The notes beneath the pieces are model-generated. The model was not told where the DNA came from. It saw only the letters and a list, made by a program, of their open reading frames with translations, and did not search any database. Below, in pieces: positions 1 through 13,479 of a stretch of DNA of 64,000 nucleotides (position 1 is the first letter of the stretch; each line of letters begins with the position of its first letter). A program made the translations under genes and the position numbers. The DNA is from Eutreptiella sp. 'Long Island Sound 2002' (lineage: Eukaryota; Protista; Euglenida), in NCBI GenBank assembly GCA_964036045.1, contig OZ038378.1, positions 79,608,001-79,672,000 of the forward strand. The letters are read 5' to 3'.

Positions 1-830
1 AGGCCCAGGGTAGGGGGGTGGCTGGCGGGCGGGATCGTTGTCCCATACCCGGCCCCACCAGTCCACCCCCACGACGTGGGGCCTGCCGGCGGCCTTCTCT
101 CCCTCAAAGAGGGTGAAGTGGTGGCGCGGACGAAGGAACCAGCAGGGAGGGGGGTCGTCCCACTGCTCGACGCGGTGAGGCCGGGTCTGCCGCCGCAGCG
201 GCACGCCCGTCTCCTCCCGCCACATGGGCGCCAGGTACAGTGTCACGTGTACGGGAGGCAGCCGTTGCGGGGGTCCGGCAGGGGGGCGTGCGCGTAGAGG
301 ACCTGGGACTGCAGGGCTTGGCCCATAGTGGCCCCCTTGGTCCCGAACTTGGGGCCGCCAGGGCGCTCGACGGCGGTGATCCAGACCCGTTCATCCTCGG
401 GCCGGTGAACGCAGTGCCACCACCTCGAGGCTCCCGCCAGGAGGTCACGGAGGTGCAGGACCCCAGGGAGCAGCCCCACGAGGGGGGCAGGGCACAGTCG
501 GTGTTGGCCCAGCCCCGCTGCTGGGGGCGGGCCGGAAACACCAGGGTGGCGTGGCGGTACAGCAGCGAACCAGGGCGAGGCCATGGTGCCGCCGCTAGTG
601 CTCGGTGAGGGGGGGCGGGGGGGCCGGGGCCACATGCCCGCGTCCCCGTCCCTAGCCTCGCCCCCGTCCACGTCCTCTTGGTCCACGCGCCATGTGCGAA
701 AAAGGCTGGCTGCAGGTCGAAAGGGGGCCAGGGCCGGCCGCCGGGGGGCTGGGGCTGGGGTGGAGGGGAAGGAGGCCCTGACCCGTTGCGTCTCCCGCCC
801 CCCTCGCTCCCCGGTCAGGAAGCGCCTGTC
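1..830 (-). pseudogene. GC-rich degenerate coding fragment, probably part of a retroelement running off the window edge
   Basis: Minus-strand ORF 243..1007 (LLPGVLHLRDLLAGASRWWHCVHRPEDERVWITAVERPGGPKFG); composition resembles the GC-rich retroelement at 28.5-37 kb; no diagnostic motif. Confidence 0.25.
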
Positions 831-929
831 TCCCGCTGGCTCCCCGGGCCCCTGCATTCCCCTGAGGGGGTGTGGCAGCACAACGCACAAAACAACTACA
901 AAGCACACTACATTAAGCACAAATTGCAC

Positions 930-2700
930 GTGTGAACCGCAATTACGCACAGGCAGCCATCCTGAACAAAGATGTGGAACGGGTTGCATCTGGATTGAAC
1001 ATACCACTGTGTCGACCTGCCAATGTCACTGCCCCATACATGACCCGTGTACAACGTTCATCCATACAACAGATCGTCAACCGCATGATCCAACACACAC
1101 ACAACGGTCATCTTGGGAGCGGCAGGCCATTCGCACACGCATCCCAGTTATCCCCTCTGCACCCCTCAATGTCCGCCGAGCTTTCGAACGCTTGGCAAAC
1201 AAACACGACAAGGGCACAGTCCGACCCACGTGCTTCTGCAACACAGAGCATTTGCCAATTTGGCGACAATGAGGTACCGTAAGTCTGGTTGATGGCCACT
1301 ACGCACTGCTACCGGTCAACATCGAACATGAAGGGGCACCACTACGCGCCACACACCGCGTGCCCTGTTCCGGCATGCGCTCCCGCGAACATGCCATCAG
1401 CAATCTCACACAGTTAGCACGCACACTACACATACAACACGCGTTTCCTTTCCATGTCCTCACCCAACACCTGCCTACAATTGACCGGCAGGCTCCAGCG
1501 ACCTTGCGCCACCGCATTCAGAATATTGCTCACGGCCTTAGCTCTTTGGCATGCATCCGGGTGGCAGACAAAAGCAGTACCATGATGTTCGCGTTTTGTC
1601 GCCAATGGGTATGGGATCAAACGGCACAATTTCTGGTTTCCGAAAAGTACGATCCCCAACCCCTCACAGACAGTACACGCATTAGTGCATCGTTTGTGTT
1701 GACAAAATAGGCCCAAAGCAAGAACACGGGTGATAGATGAAAGCCGGAAGGATTAGTCTATCATGGATGTCATTGGAACTGCTGAACATTGCTGCACATG
1801 CATACCAGGACGTAGCAGCAACAAGCAGCTGAAGCCTCCCGCAACCATTAAGAAGCCCCCGAGAACATTTCTGGTTAGGGTGCATTGGAAAGGGGCAGCC
1901 CCCTCCCCCAACTAGGGGGTAGGAGCTTTGAACCGGCGGGTGCAGCGCCCTTCCCCAAGGGTGGGGGCACTGTGCATTTGAGGTATGATGCTTGGGATGT
2001 GCGTGTGAGGTCACTTTGGTGGGCCCAGCCCTGAGAGCCTAATTAAGGCCGGGGGGGGGGGCTTGGGGAACAGACTTGGAGGGCCCTGCCCCCTGGAGTT
2101 GCAATGGATCCTGGGCCCTTTGCAGCAGTTGATTGTGGACCCTCTGATATAGTCGGTGTTCTGGTTGGCCGTGTGCACATCATGGGTACTGCAGTGCGAT
2201 GCTGTGTTTCAAGGGGTGTGACATAACATACATTAGTTCATTATGAGGTGTTTGGAAGTGCTTGAGGTGTGGGCCTCAACTGAGACCTCCTTCTATCTGG
2301 CAGAGGCATTGCATTTGCAGGCCAATCTTGTGCAGTTTGCGCACGGGGTGACATGTTTCCGGAGGATGGAATGGACTCCGGGGTGGGGGGGCACACTGCA
2401 GTGGGCAAGGAACTCTCTTGTCCAAGCAGCACCCGATTTCATTCCGTCACTGAGCCATTGTGTTTCGGCAGCCTACATGGGGGTGAGGGTGGTGAGCCCG
2501 CTCCAATTTTCAATTTCATGGGAACGACTGAGTGTGTGGCATGCTGGCACCGGCATGCGAGGGACGCCAAGGGACAGAAGCAGCATCTGTGGGCAGAGGG
2601 GACCCACTCTCATTTGCGTTCCAAAAACAATTCTTTCCCCCAATGAATTGGGACACCTTCCTCCTAAATACTGAAACCAGTGCACACAACTGGAAGTGCC
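930..2700 (+). mobile_element. Degenerate Penelope-like reverse transcriptase relic
   Basis: ORF 1360..1710 has IRVADKSSTMMFAFCRQWVW, like the PLE pre-RT ADK motif. A frameshifted FQGCDI (motif A-like) lies near 2205-2225 and NLVQFAHGVTCFRR (approach to motif B) near 2325-2365. Many stops and frameshifts. Confidence 0.35.
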
Positions 2701-3644
2701 AACCGGCATACTTGCTTAGCTTCCATGGTAAACCGCCTGTGTCCTCCCTTGCTCCTTGTCGACCTTGTCGACACACACACAGGCCGGAGTGGCAATTGGT
2801 GTGTACGTGAAGTGCACAGGCTAAAACCCTGCTAAGCCAGAAGTTGTGCCCAGATTATGCTTACAAAGTGATGAACATGTTTGGGAGTTGAAGGTCACAA
2901 TGTCAAGTGGGAGAAGTGGCACAGCAAGAAAAAAGTAGTGATGCTGAGAGACTCTCATTGTCTGGGGTATGAATCACGCAGTGCTGATAGCCAGGTTGCA
3001 GACAGACAAGTTGCAAATTACATTTCAGAGTGTGTTTGACGTCTCTTGGGCCATTCTATTCATCAGCCGCACATGTAACGGCATCTTCTTGGGTGTTCTA
3101 TGTGTCCCATTCTATCGTACATTGGCCTGGGGTGGGGGGCAGATTCAACAAGGCGTAACAGAACGTCGGGAAACAACCTCAGTACAACTTGGCATTATCA
3201 AGTCAGGCAGACATTTCCGGCTGACAGACAAAGGTATGGACGGACCTGCGGATAACCAACCCGTTCATTGAGAGCTTCAGTCGTCAGTATTCGCTTCATT
3301 CGGGGTACAGTCCTGTGCCCTCACTTCATGGAGGAGACTTCCCAGCTCCCCAGGCCCAGTGGTGTCCCAAATCTAGAACGCTTTTCAGCCTCGCCAATCT
3401 TTCCACCCTCCTCTTCGCCTCCACAGTTCCCTCCATCATGTCTCATCTCGGGACGTCTTTTCTCTCTGTTGGCCCGTCTGCCCTTGGCGGCCTTTCCGCC
3501 CCTGGAGGCTCTTCTGCCCATGGCAGCTGTCCTTGCAACAGGTCATTCAATGCCCTGCCCACTGAATCCAGTCTGGGGCAAAATAACGAAGGATCGCCTC
3601 GGAGGCGATCCTGTTCGACGGAGCCATTACCAATTGATGCAGGT

Positions 3645-3712
3645 GTGTGTATGTGTATGTGTTTGTGTTTGTGTTTGAGTGTGAGTGAGTGTGTGAGTGT
3701 GTGTGTGTGCAT
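3645..3712. repeat. Imperfect (GT)n microsatellite
   Basis: gtgtgtgtatgtgtatgtgtttgtgtttgtg... read directly. Confidence 0.9.
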
Positions 3713-3919
3713 ACACTGCAAACACACATCTGCAAAAACTGGGTATGGGGAGTTTTGGAGCATTTCATGACCACAGAAGGCTACCAGCCTGCAATAATGA
3801 CAGAGGCACAGGGGGAGCGTTAGTGCGCCGGGCGTGCACCGGGCATCTTTTTTGACCCGTGCCCCAGTGGTGACCTTTTTCGGGGTGCACTAAGGGCGCG
3901 CTGTGCGTAGGTTTTGACT

Positions 3920-4660
3920 TCTGATTTGTCCCCTTGTTTGGGGACCCCCGAAAATGCAAGGGTTACGTAGCAATTCCACCCTCTTTTGGCCCCCCGAGAA
4001 GGCAGGGGTGAGGCAGCCAATTCTGATTTTGTCCCCTTGTTTGGGGACCCCCGAGAATGCAGGGGCCACGTAGCACTTCCGCCCTCTTGTGGGCCCCCTT
4101 GTTTGTTAAATACAATACAAATGACATTTGGATTTGTTGAATCCACAGCTATTGCCTTATTATGCAACGTGCTTTGTAGGGAAGGTGTGCAGTCCAACGT
4201 GGTCCACTTGGGGGGCTTCTCCATGAGAGCGTAAATCTGCGGCTGAAGTCGGGATAGTTAATAGAAAAGTAGCACACCAGGCGCGCTCCGGGCAAACATT
4301 CCCCCACAGGCCAGAGATACCATTCGCCAAGCCATCACGACAAAGGGTTGGGGACACAGCGCAGCAGGAAAACTAGCCATCCTCTACCTACTGTGCAAAG
4401 GTAAGAGCCTACAAAAAAGGTAAGTGGTTTGTCCGGAATCAGAGCACTCACCCAACCCCTTCTAAGGGGTGTTAGCACGCTGGGCATCTTTTTTCTTTTA
4501 GACCATTCCCCACCCGTGCCTGCTCCCCCCCCTCTCACCAAACTATCTGCCCCCAAGAACTCAGGGGTGATGTAGACCCTTCCGAATTTATCCCGTTCTA
4601 TTGGGACCCCCGAGAAAGCACTGGTTATGCAGCTAATCCGCCCATTTTTGGCCCCGAGAT
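3920..4660 (+). repeat. Diverged direct repeats of an about 105-bp unit (tttgtccccttgtttggggacccccga...)
   Basis: Copies at about 3925 and 4030, plus a more diverged copy at about 4590-4660. Confidence 0.7.
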
Positions 4661-6118
4661 GGGAGGTCTTAAGCAGCCAACTACTTGGTGACAAAGGAAG
4701 CCGAAGTATGTACGCCGTGGGGACAAGTGTTAAGGAAGTACCTTCAAGGAACCCAATCTGTCCCTATACTATTGCATGTTTCTCAACTTTGTATTCGAAG
4801 GCAGGTCCGGCACCCTCCTTACGGAACCTGGGACCATGTTCCGCGTCATGTTTGGACGGACGAGAGCAACTCGGCTGCCTCGGAGGATGAGGGAGAGGAT
4901 GAGGCAGAAGTGTGTGCGATGTGTTGTCACAAGCGCTCCACCGTCACAGTTTGTGATGTGGGTAAGGAGCACTATTGTTGCGAATGTATTGACACCCACA
5001 CTTGTAAGAATAATATTATTTGTTAATTACATTCTGGGTGACATTTTGTGTTATTCAATTCTCATATTCCGGCATATGCAACGTGCTTTGCAGGGAAGCT
5101 TTGTGGTCCACTGCAGTCTGCTTGGGGAGATTCACCAGGTGAGAACAAACTTAGGGCTTAGAGCCCAGATACTTGATCAAAGGTAGCGCGCCAAGCGTCC
5201 GCCGGGCAACCATTCCCCCTCTCCCAAAACGAGATTTCCGCATCGCCGCCAAGGGCCAATACTACGTTCCTCGGAGTCCTATTTAGTGTTCCGTGTGCAT
5301 TCATAGCTCACGAGGTAAACGAGGTATCACAATGGTTTCACTTGTTATCCACCATCTGCCGCCGTTCTATAAGTGAGGTCGACTGCAAAGACCAATTCAA
5401 CAACAATCACGCCGACGACATCGACAGTCACCTATCACAGGGCAGCTCATGGCTCACAGATTGCAAAAGGTGGTGCATGCAGGAGTTAACATGGTCCGTC
5501 CCCAAAGACACAAAACACTTGACCATGAAACACTTGGACCATGCAAGAAAAGGTAACCCGGGAAAATGCTGTTACTTGTCCCATGCCTTAATTGCCCACC
5601 CTTTGGGCCAGCCGGAAGTGCAGCCCCCCCCCCCCCCCCATAACGGAATGTAATTTTGGGGCACCAATTTGAGGGGGAAGTCGGTAATCATTAAAGGCCA
5701 CGTTTTAAAGCACAGTTTTTTGATTCACATGCATATACATTTGGACTATATAATAGCACGCCCCACAATAGCCAATTCCAAAAATGATGCGAAATTTGGT
5801 ATCTCAATTGAAAAGTGGTGTTTTAATACTTTAAATTGGGCACTTCAATCAATGAGATGCTAAATTTCGTTCTCTCTTGTTCATTTTTCAATCATTTGGT
5901 ACCCTTTCTGCCTTGGGTCAATTGTGTTGTTTCGTTGAATTGTTTTGTTATTTTTGTGCCTGTGATGATTTTCTTTTGTGCTAACATTGTTGTCATTTAG
6001 TTGTGCTGCATAATCTGAGCCATTTGATGTAATTCATTGTTGGAGCCGCCCACAGGCCATGGACCCTGCATTGATGTGTGCAGTTTTTGCGGCACAGGAA
6101 TTTGAAACTGCAGAATAG

Positions 6119-8388
6119 TTGATGTGTGACGTTCCAAATGGTGGTGATGCCCGTTTACTTGCTGTATGGGCCTTGGCGATGCGGAATAATCGACGCTCGA
6201 GGAAAGACCTCAAAGTTGCCGTTTGCTCAAGCTATGCGCAAAAAGCCCCGCTAGTAGAGCGTTTTCTCAAATCAATCGATTTGCCTACGGAGACTATTGA
6301 GAAAAATTGCTGCACCTAATGCTCAGTCCAAGGATGTACCAATGACCATTTCTTTGAGTCCGCGGACACGGCGATATTTGGCTCCCACGGGTTTTACGCA
6401 TACAGCTATGCCAACACTTATAGCAAATGCACGCCAGCAAGCCACATGGTTTCGCCAGAGTATGCACAACCACCAGGTGGGCCTTTGGTATGAGAAATGG
6501 GTGAACAAAAACTTTGCGGTTTATCTACCGCACCGCAATCATTCAATGAATTGCACCGTTTTTGCTGTCCTACACCTACCTGCATTACGACCGTTTCCAG
6601 GGCCCGTCTCTTTGCCGGATGCCATTCAAACCATTGGGGCAAGGGTGGTAGCTTTGCAGGCACATCATCCATATGTCTTACACCGGGCTAATGCCCTTGG
6701 GGATATGATTCACAGGACATTTGTCAGAGTGCCATTGGACATTGTGAGGCACAGTGTCCTATCTTTGCATTAGCAACCAATGATACTCTCTCAGCTCATG
6801 TGTGGTACGAAATAGGAACGTCTGAAACTGGTGAACATGATCTGGTACGTGCAGCAGGCTACCCGCCATGATTGGCCACTGTGTGTTGATATGAAAATCC
6901 ATTACCAGCTTTTGAAGTGTCACTATGGACAGAGTTATACCCCCCCAAATTCCACTTGCACTCCTCTAGTCTGCTCCTCATCGGCACAGTTATGCACCTA
7001 TACAAACATATGGATTATTTCTTGTACAGTTCCTTCATGCCAATCATCTTTTTGATTGAGAGGATCCACAACGATTTCAAAGTGGGGAATAAGGTTCCAA
7101 CAAAGGTGAACTGTGTTCACATAGAGAAGACCATACTCACACTCTGTCTCAATGCAAGTCGTTACCTTCCGAGAATTCCGCCAAAACTTGATGCACTTGT
7201 GGTTGAACCTCACAACTGTCCGCTTACGGCTGTGGAGGCAGCAGCAAACCAGCTACTGGTGGGTCTACAAGTACTCTTGAAGGAACACTACCCTGCAGCT
7301 TTCAAAATTGTTGTTCTTGTCCGCGAATGCGATGGGGCGGGCAGAGACCGAGGCACGCCGAAGAATGCATTGGTAGTATTGGAGTCCTGTTTGTTGGTGA
7401 TGCTTTTTTTAATGGGCACCCAATGGGAAAATGTGGAGGCTCTCAAAATGTTAGTTAATGCTTTGGTGACATGGCAGTGTTGGCATTCACGGATGCCATC
7501 CGGCATCAACAATGAGGAGTATGGGGAGGCCGTGTTGAGCAGGTTGCGCACCTCATGTCGGGTGTGGGGTACCATAATGTCGTTGAGCGGGACTTCCGAA
7601 GTTTTTGTCACATTGGCTTAGACACAGCGAGGGAGGGAAAACCTATGGTTTTCACTCACACACAAGTGTGTTCAATGCTATGGGGCAAACCTCCGAAAAT
7701 TTATCTTTAATGTGTTTTAGACCGGCCTGCACATTGTCCAATGATGACCCCCCCCCGCACGCTTTGAGTTTTAGAAGCTTTGTAACTGGCTATTGTTAAT
7801 GACCTTCATTTTCTTGGTAGCTTTGCTGCTATTGCAACACGCAGCTTCCTTTGGGTAGTCTTCCACAAATATTTAAAGACTTTGCTTCGTAGGAACCCAC
7901 GAAGCGATAATCTCTACACCTTGTTTCAACAAATAGTGCCACGTGCGACAGTTGAAAGGCGCTGGAATGTAGACATTCGAAGGGGAATGCAAATCACCTG
8001 CCTAGCAAAACCCAAACCCAAGGCAGAAGCAAACCAAAAGCCTCCAGACACCCCCCCCACCCCCCCATCCCCCGTCGTGGGAGACCTCCCCCCTACACCC
8101 AAGCAAAGGCCGCGGCAACGGTTTCCCAAGCCTGCACGTATGCTAAAACCACACCCAAATGCCGCTAGCAATGGTGGTGGCCCTCTTCCGGTTCCTAACA
8201 TCCGCTTTGGACAACATGATGCGGACAGTGGGAGTGAAGGGGAGGCGAATGCTCTTGTCGTCCCTATGCATGTTGTGAATAGTGACAGAGATGACAGTAG
8301 TGTGTTGGACAACAGTGATATTGTCGCCATGTTAGACGACGCACATCAAAGGCATCCTTGCTGGTTCCCTTTTTCGCCTTTGGCTTAG
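6119..8388 (+). pseudogene. Academ/DUF6589-like DNA transposase pseudogene, copy A
   Basis: Frameshifted ORFs give GLWYEKW...SMNCTVFAVL, PLCVDMKIHYQLLK, GTVMHLYKH, WHSRMPSGINNEEYGEAVLSRL and an acidic tail. Colinear with copy B. The D...D-x~30-G.xH...E layout resembles Academ/DUF6589 transposases. Confidence 0.55.
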
Positions 8389-11300
8389 CTTTCGGCTTGG
8401 GCTTTGGTTTCCCATTTGAATCCAGCTCCATACTAACCATATTGTCCTAGTCATCAACGTCATTGGGGAAATAGGCCATCCTAGCCTTCTCCGCAAGTCT
8501 ACCCTTATCAAGGTGAGGGAGAGCAAACTGCTAATAAATCGGTGCTAGGGAGTCACTTTCTCTCAATGTGCCCGTTGGTGTCCTTTGGCAACTCATCAAC
8601 ATCCACTCTGAGTACACCAAAAGCAATAGAACATTATAATTTTAGCCGCACATGCACACGAATTGCCAGATTTGGTTACGTGGGCCCCACCATCAGCCAG
8701 TTCGTAAAATTTATTGGAAGATCCAGAACCTCACTCACCCATTGCACTGCCTCTGGACACAGAATACTTGCTTGGCCGCTTGCACTGAACATCACATACA
8801 TTGGTAACTAAAGAGGTGTGCAAATCAAGGAAATTGACGGCAGGTCACGATTTCACATCAAATCGGGAATATGGCATTTCGGGGGTATATTATTTGTGCG
8901 CAGCTACACAAGTGCTACCTTCCGTGGAATCGGAGCCAAAGCAAGAATTGACCTCACAAACCACATCATGTTGCAATGAGGACTCCTGCTTCTTGTCTTG
9001 TCGATCACGATCTTCACAATATTCAGCCCCCCCTCAAAAAGTTCAGCCTTCAGCTGATGGACGATGATACCATCTTCAGCTACATCTCCAACAACCACCA
9101 ATGAATTTCCCCTGGAAGTGTGTGTCACAGCAAGCCGGAGGGAGCCCCATTAACTAGCCCTTTGGAATTTCGATAATTGTCATTAGAAATGGCAGACCAA
9201 CAGCTGTTGCATTGTGGGTTGTAGTAGGAACTGGCAGATTTGAAAAAGAGATTCACCATCATCTATGCCAATACATGTGCACAAATGAACAACATTCCCA
9301 TCACCGGTTGTCACACCTAATGACATGTGTGGTCATGCAAGATGCCCTCTAAATTTTGCATACGTACCAAATGTCGGTAACACAGCTTTGTAGACAACGT
9401 TCCATCCAGACATAGGGGAATTGTGAGTGCAAAACTAGGCAGCGCAACGAAACTGCAAAGCACCAATGCCCTTGATATGACCCTGTAAGGTAGCAATCTC
9501 GGAAGTGTTTTCCAAAATCACAATACACAATACCACAATCAATAAAAGTCCAAAAGAGGTGAAAGTTCACACCATTTTGATGAATCCGGGGCACTACTAC
9601 CCGTAATTAGTGGTCCTCCAGAGCATACTTGGGCTAGGATGCACCAAATCTTGTGCACAATTAGGATGCATAACATCCCAGCTCAAACGCATTTCTCTTT
9701 GACAGTTCCATGCAATGTTGGCCAAACCGGCACCGGTGGCTCTTGGAGTCTGCATGTATCTGGCACACTGCACAAGATATGGTCCGACCAACCGCGCCAA
9801 AGCCTTGAATGCTCGAAGGGCCAAAGACATACCCCGGTTCTCAAAATTGCGAACAGGATCAATTGCTGTATAACCACACACTTGAATCATTCTTGCAAGA
9901 GGGACAGACCTTCGAGCAAAAAAAACCCGCTTCAATGGTGAAGCAGTAAAGTCAATCCGGTAGCACAACAATTCGACCAGATCCAAGTGTGAAACATACC
10001 TGGCTTCCTTCATCGGCCGTTTGTCAAGCCTCCTCTAGCATCACACGGCAAACATTTGTCATGCTCAAATCACTATTCTTGGGCTCCTCAAATTTCTTTA
10101 TCATAAGCATTGCCCGCTTACTCAAAGATGTCGCTATTCCGGAGAATAGAGTAATTGTTGGCGACCAGCCAGACGTTACCGTACTCGCAGGGGGTATCCC
10201 ATTTCAACACCATACACTCAAAAACCAATTGCCACCTCAAAGGATCCACTTTCTTGTTTTCTTGTGTAGTTGCATGTAAGCAGACAGTTGGGAAAACATG
10301 TTGTCCGCCAACCATCGAGCAATTGCCCAGTATAGCAATTGCATTCAAAAAGGAGGTAACAAAAACAACCAACGTTGGAGAATGCTGAAGTGAAACATGA
10401 TGACGCCGAGGGAACATACAATTTTTAGGCCGGACCAATAAGCCCTTGATGATGCTCACCGCGGGGACACACACCAGGTCGTCAAGTCGCTTCTTCACTC
10501 AGACAACACTAAGTTTTGTCTTATGCCCATACTCCCCGCTCTCATCCAATGTGAGCACCTTGAATGACAAAACCACTGTCCTCTGCACATAGTCTGCAAG
10601 AAAAACCATCTTCGGGCCTGCCTTTTCGACCTATGGTTGTCTGCAGTCCGTTCAGTGGGGCCTTCGGATACAGATTAAGAGGGTTGCGACGTAGAAAGTG
10701 CTTTTGGGGCCAAAGCGGGCTAAGTAGCTTTTTTGGGGGGCGCATCTGACTTGGATGCAGCAGACTAAGGGAAATGGAGATGTTTGTGGCTGCATTGCAC
10801 ATTCCACATTGGGTTGATTTCTAGCTTTAACATGTACGAAAATGTCATTTTTTGGGCGTAATTAGTGAGTAGGACTTTTAAGCATGCAACTTGATGTGTT
10901 TGTAAGTCCTCTTTCTAAACCAAAGTGCCATTTCCTTATCATCCAAGGAACCTTTTTTTATCGGACCACCGTTCACAAGAACAATTCTAAACATGCAAGA
11001 AATACCCCCCGAAAGGCAAAATCGGCCAAATGGTGCGAAATCTCGCATTTCATTGAAAGTCTTGAAATTCGAGCGCGTCAAACAAGTGTGCGCTTGGGAG
11101 ATGCAACGTTTCGCACAGGAAATTTCGCATCTCAAAGTGGGAAGAAAAAGATTTGAGAGTTTGTGATCAAAAATTGCGCGTTGTGGTAAGTTCCTATCTA
11201 ATGTGTCCTTTCCAAGCTTGGGGACACAAAGCTTGCCGTCACCAAACAAAACCAAAGAAAGAAAACCAGTAAATAAGAGATGAAAGCATTGTAGACCATG

Positions 11301-12900
11301 GCCAACAAGGATAAGGAGTACCATCTAGAAGACCCAAAGTGTACTGAGCACCCTGAAATCTAGCGGCAGTTAGGCCTCGCACAACAGGACACGGGAAGGA
11401 TTGGAGCACCTCTCCTCATTGGTCAGTAGTGGCATTTCACTACCATCTCAGGGCTTGCGCCCATGAGGAAAAACGTTGTTGAACAAGAAACATAGGTAAT
11501 TTGATTTGAACCGCTAAGATAAGAATTTGTTCGCAATGACATGGAATGCCACCGTGTGCATCGTGTTAGCAAATGATTTTCCTTTGCGATTTCATTCCAA
11601 GATGATTTGAATTGATTTTCTATTAGTCCCTCGTGTGGTGCTGTTACACCAGGGTGCCAGTCCGCAGCAAAATTTGAATACGTATGGTTCACAAGTTTGT
11701 TATGTATGTGTCGTTGAGAGGTGCTGTTGAAATACTTGTGATTATGACCATTGTGCAGTCAATTTTCAATTGTTGACTACGGAAATTTGGTGGACGAACT
11801 TTCATACCGGGATTGCCACAATTTTTTCGGGACATACAAAATTTCGCGTCTGATTGAGTTTCACACAAAACGTGGGTATGCTATAAGGTATTGTTATCCA
11901 TTTTTCCGCCATCACGTTCGTGAAGACATTCAAATGGTTCATGAGAACATTCTGATATGTCTTTGCATGCTATTATCCCGAATTTGAATGCCTATTTCCC
12001 AATCTTTGCACAAGCATCCAATATTAGGAACAAGGAGTGAGTTATCGGAAGTGGGGGTTTATTTCACCCAGCAAAAACATGCGTCGTGCACTATGTCCAA
12101 TTGGCGGGTGCCAATTTGCATTTTTTTACCCTAAGAAACGTCTTTGTTTCACAGACTCCTCCCTCGCGCAATGAAGGCCTCCCAAGATGAACGGTGTGGA
12201 AGATACCCAGCACGGCAAGGGAACGGGAGCAAAGGTCTCCAAACACCTCTCAAGCCAATCAAAACAAACACACAAACATTGTTCGAGGCTAGACGCCTTT
12301 CTGGAGCAGGGGAACATTGGCCGTGTCGTGCATTGCCACACAGTTCCTTGTGAAGGCATGCACTGTAACCCGGGTCAGCGGCCCGGCCATCTTCCAGAGA
12401 CAGGTCCACCATAGGAAGAGTACAGGGCGGTGGTGCACTTGCTATAGGGCATCTTACAGGAAGCGTGGGGGCTGCGAGTCGTCTGCTAGTGTGCAGAGGA
12501 GGACAAAGCGTGCGGTTGCGATGTATGGGTCCCGTATGTACGGCGTTAGGCTGTTGTATTGCATAAGCAGGGCCAAAGGGGCCTTTATGCACGCTCATGA
12601 CAAATACCATAATGTTTGAAATGCAAGAGTTTGCGCTGTGCAATAGGTAAACTGTGGTCTTCCAAAGGGTATATTGCGTCCGTGTCCGGCATAGGCAGGA
12701 TATTTCCATCATCCCTCGGCCGCATATAAAAAAGAGACATAAGTTTTGGGCACTAGGGGATCTGCACATCGCCGAGGAGGGATTTGCCTACTGGGTCAGC
12801 AAGCATGGCCTTGTGGCCCTGTGCCAGCTGTGCTAGTTCACGGACAAAATACTCATTCCTATTAGATAGCCCCGCGACTTGTGTAGTCAAGCTCATTTGT
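8300..12900 (-). pseudogene. Long degenerate minus-strand coding region of unknown function, convergent with transposase copy A
   Basis: Protein-like segments broken by stops: ELAQLAQGHKAMLADPVGKSLLGDVQIP (~12.8 kb), ORFs 10118..10498, 9597..10013, 8904..9128, and LPMYVMFSASGQASILCPEAVQWVSEVLDLP (~8.75 kb). Continuity between segments is inferred. Confidence 0.3.
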
Positions 12901-13207
12901 TAAAAACTTGAGAGACACGGGACCTGGTAGTCTTGTGCGGCTGAAGGTAGCAGTACTTTGATATATGTAAAACCACATGTCACAATAAAGCGGGTATGGC
13001 ACTGGGCTACAGCCTCTACCGAGGGTCATAGGGTGAGTGAACCGCGTTGTCCAACCCGGACTACTCAATGGACAATGGCTCTTGCATTTTGGCCCGCTTA
13101 TGTCTAACCCAGCTAAAAGCCTCGCAGCTTACCTTCCACGGATTGGGCTCGGTGTCCTTATTCACGCACGCGTATCCTGTTACAAGAGACCCAAGAACTG
13201 TGCTTAC

Positions 13208-13385
13208 CTGGGCCGGAGCAGTGGCCAAGTTTCGCCACCGTTTGGTCACCAGGTCAAAGCGATAGACCGCCTCCCGCAAATTGCGGATGCCAAGGGCGTA
13301 CATTGTGTTGTGGGGCACTGCTGCAGCGGTGTGGCCGGCGCGGTCTACGAGCACTGGGCTAGTGGTCATTGGTTCATCGGTTTCC
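13208..13385 (-). CDS. Exon encoding one Kelch-like repeat (host gene or captured fragment)
   Basis: ETDEPMTTSPVLVDRAGHTAAAVPHNTMYALGIRNLREAVYRFDLVTKRWRNLATAPAQ fits the R.GHT..MY.LG..YRFD..W Kelch pattern. Canonical donor CAG|GTAAGC after 13208; candidate acceptor ctgAG at 13387-13386. Confidence 0.6.
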
Positions 13386-13391
13386 CTCAGG

Positions 13392-13393
<2 letters not shown>

Positions 13394-13468
<75 letters not shown>
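13394..13468. repeat. Perfect (TG)n microsatellite, about 37 units
   Basis: Read directly. Confidence 0.98.
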
Positions 13469-13469
<1 letters not shown>

Positions 13470-13479
13470 AATCTAAGGT

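Noticed and set aside
3591-3611. Perfect hairpin ggatcgcctc-g-gaggcgatcc
   Set aside because: Single short stem with no U-tract, partner or element context; could be chance.
5200-5216. PGNH-coding sequence, like the missing phosphoesterase motif III
   Set aside because: Lies upstream of the exons, inside a repeated block; wrong order.
9130-9350. TTGDG / LCTCIGID as RecQ helicase motifs in the convergent ORF
   Set aside because: No Walker A GKS/T, DExH or GRAGR found; resemblance too weak.
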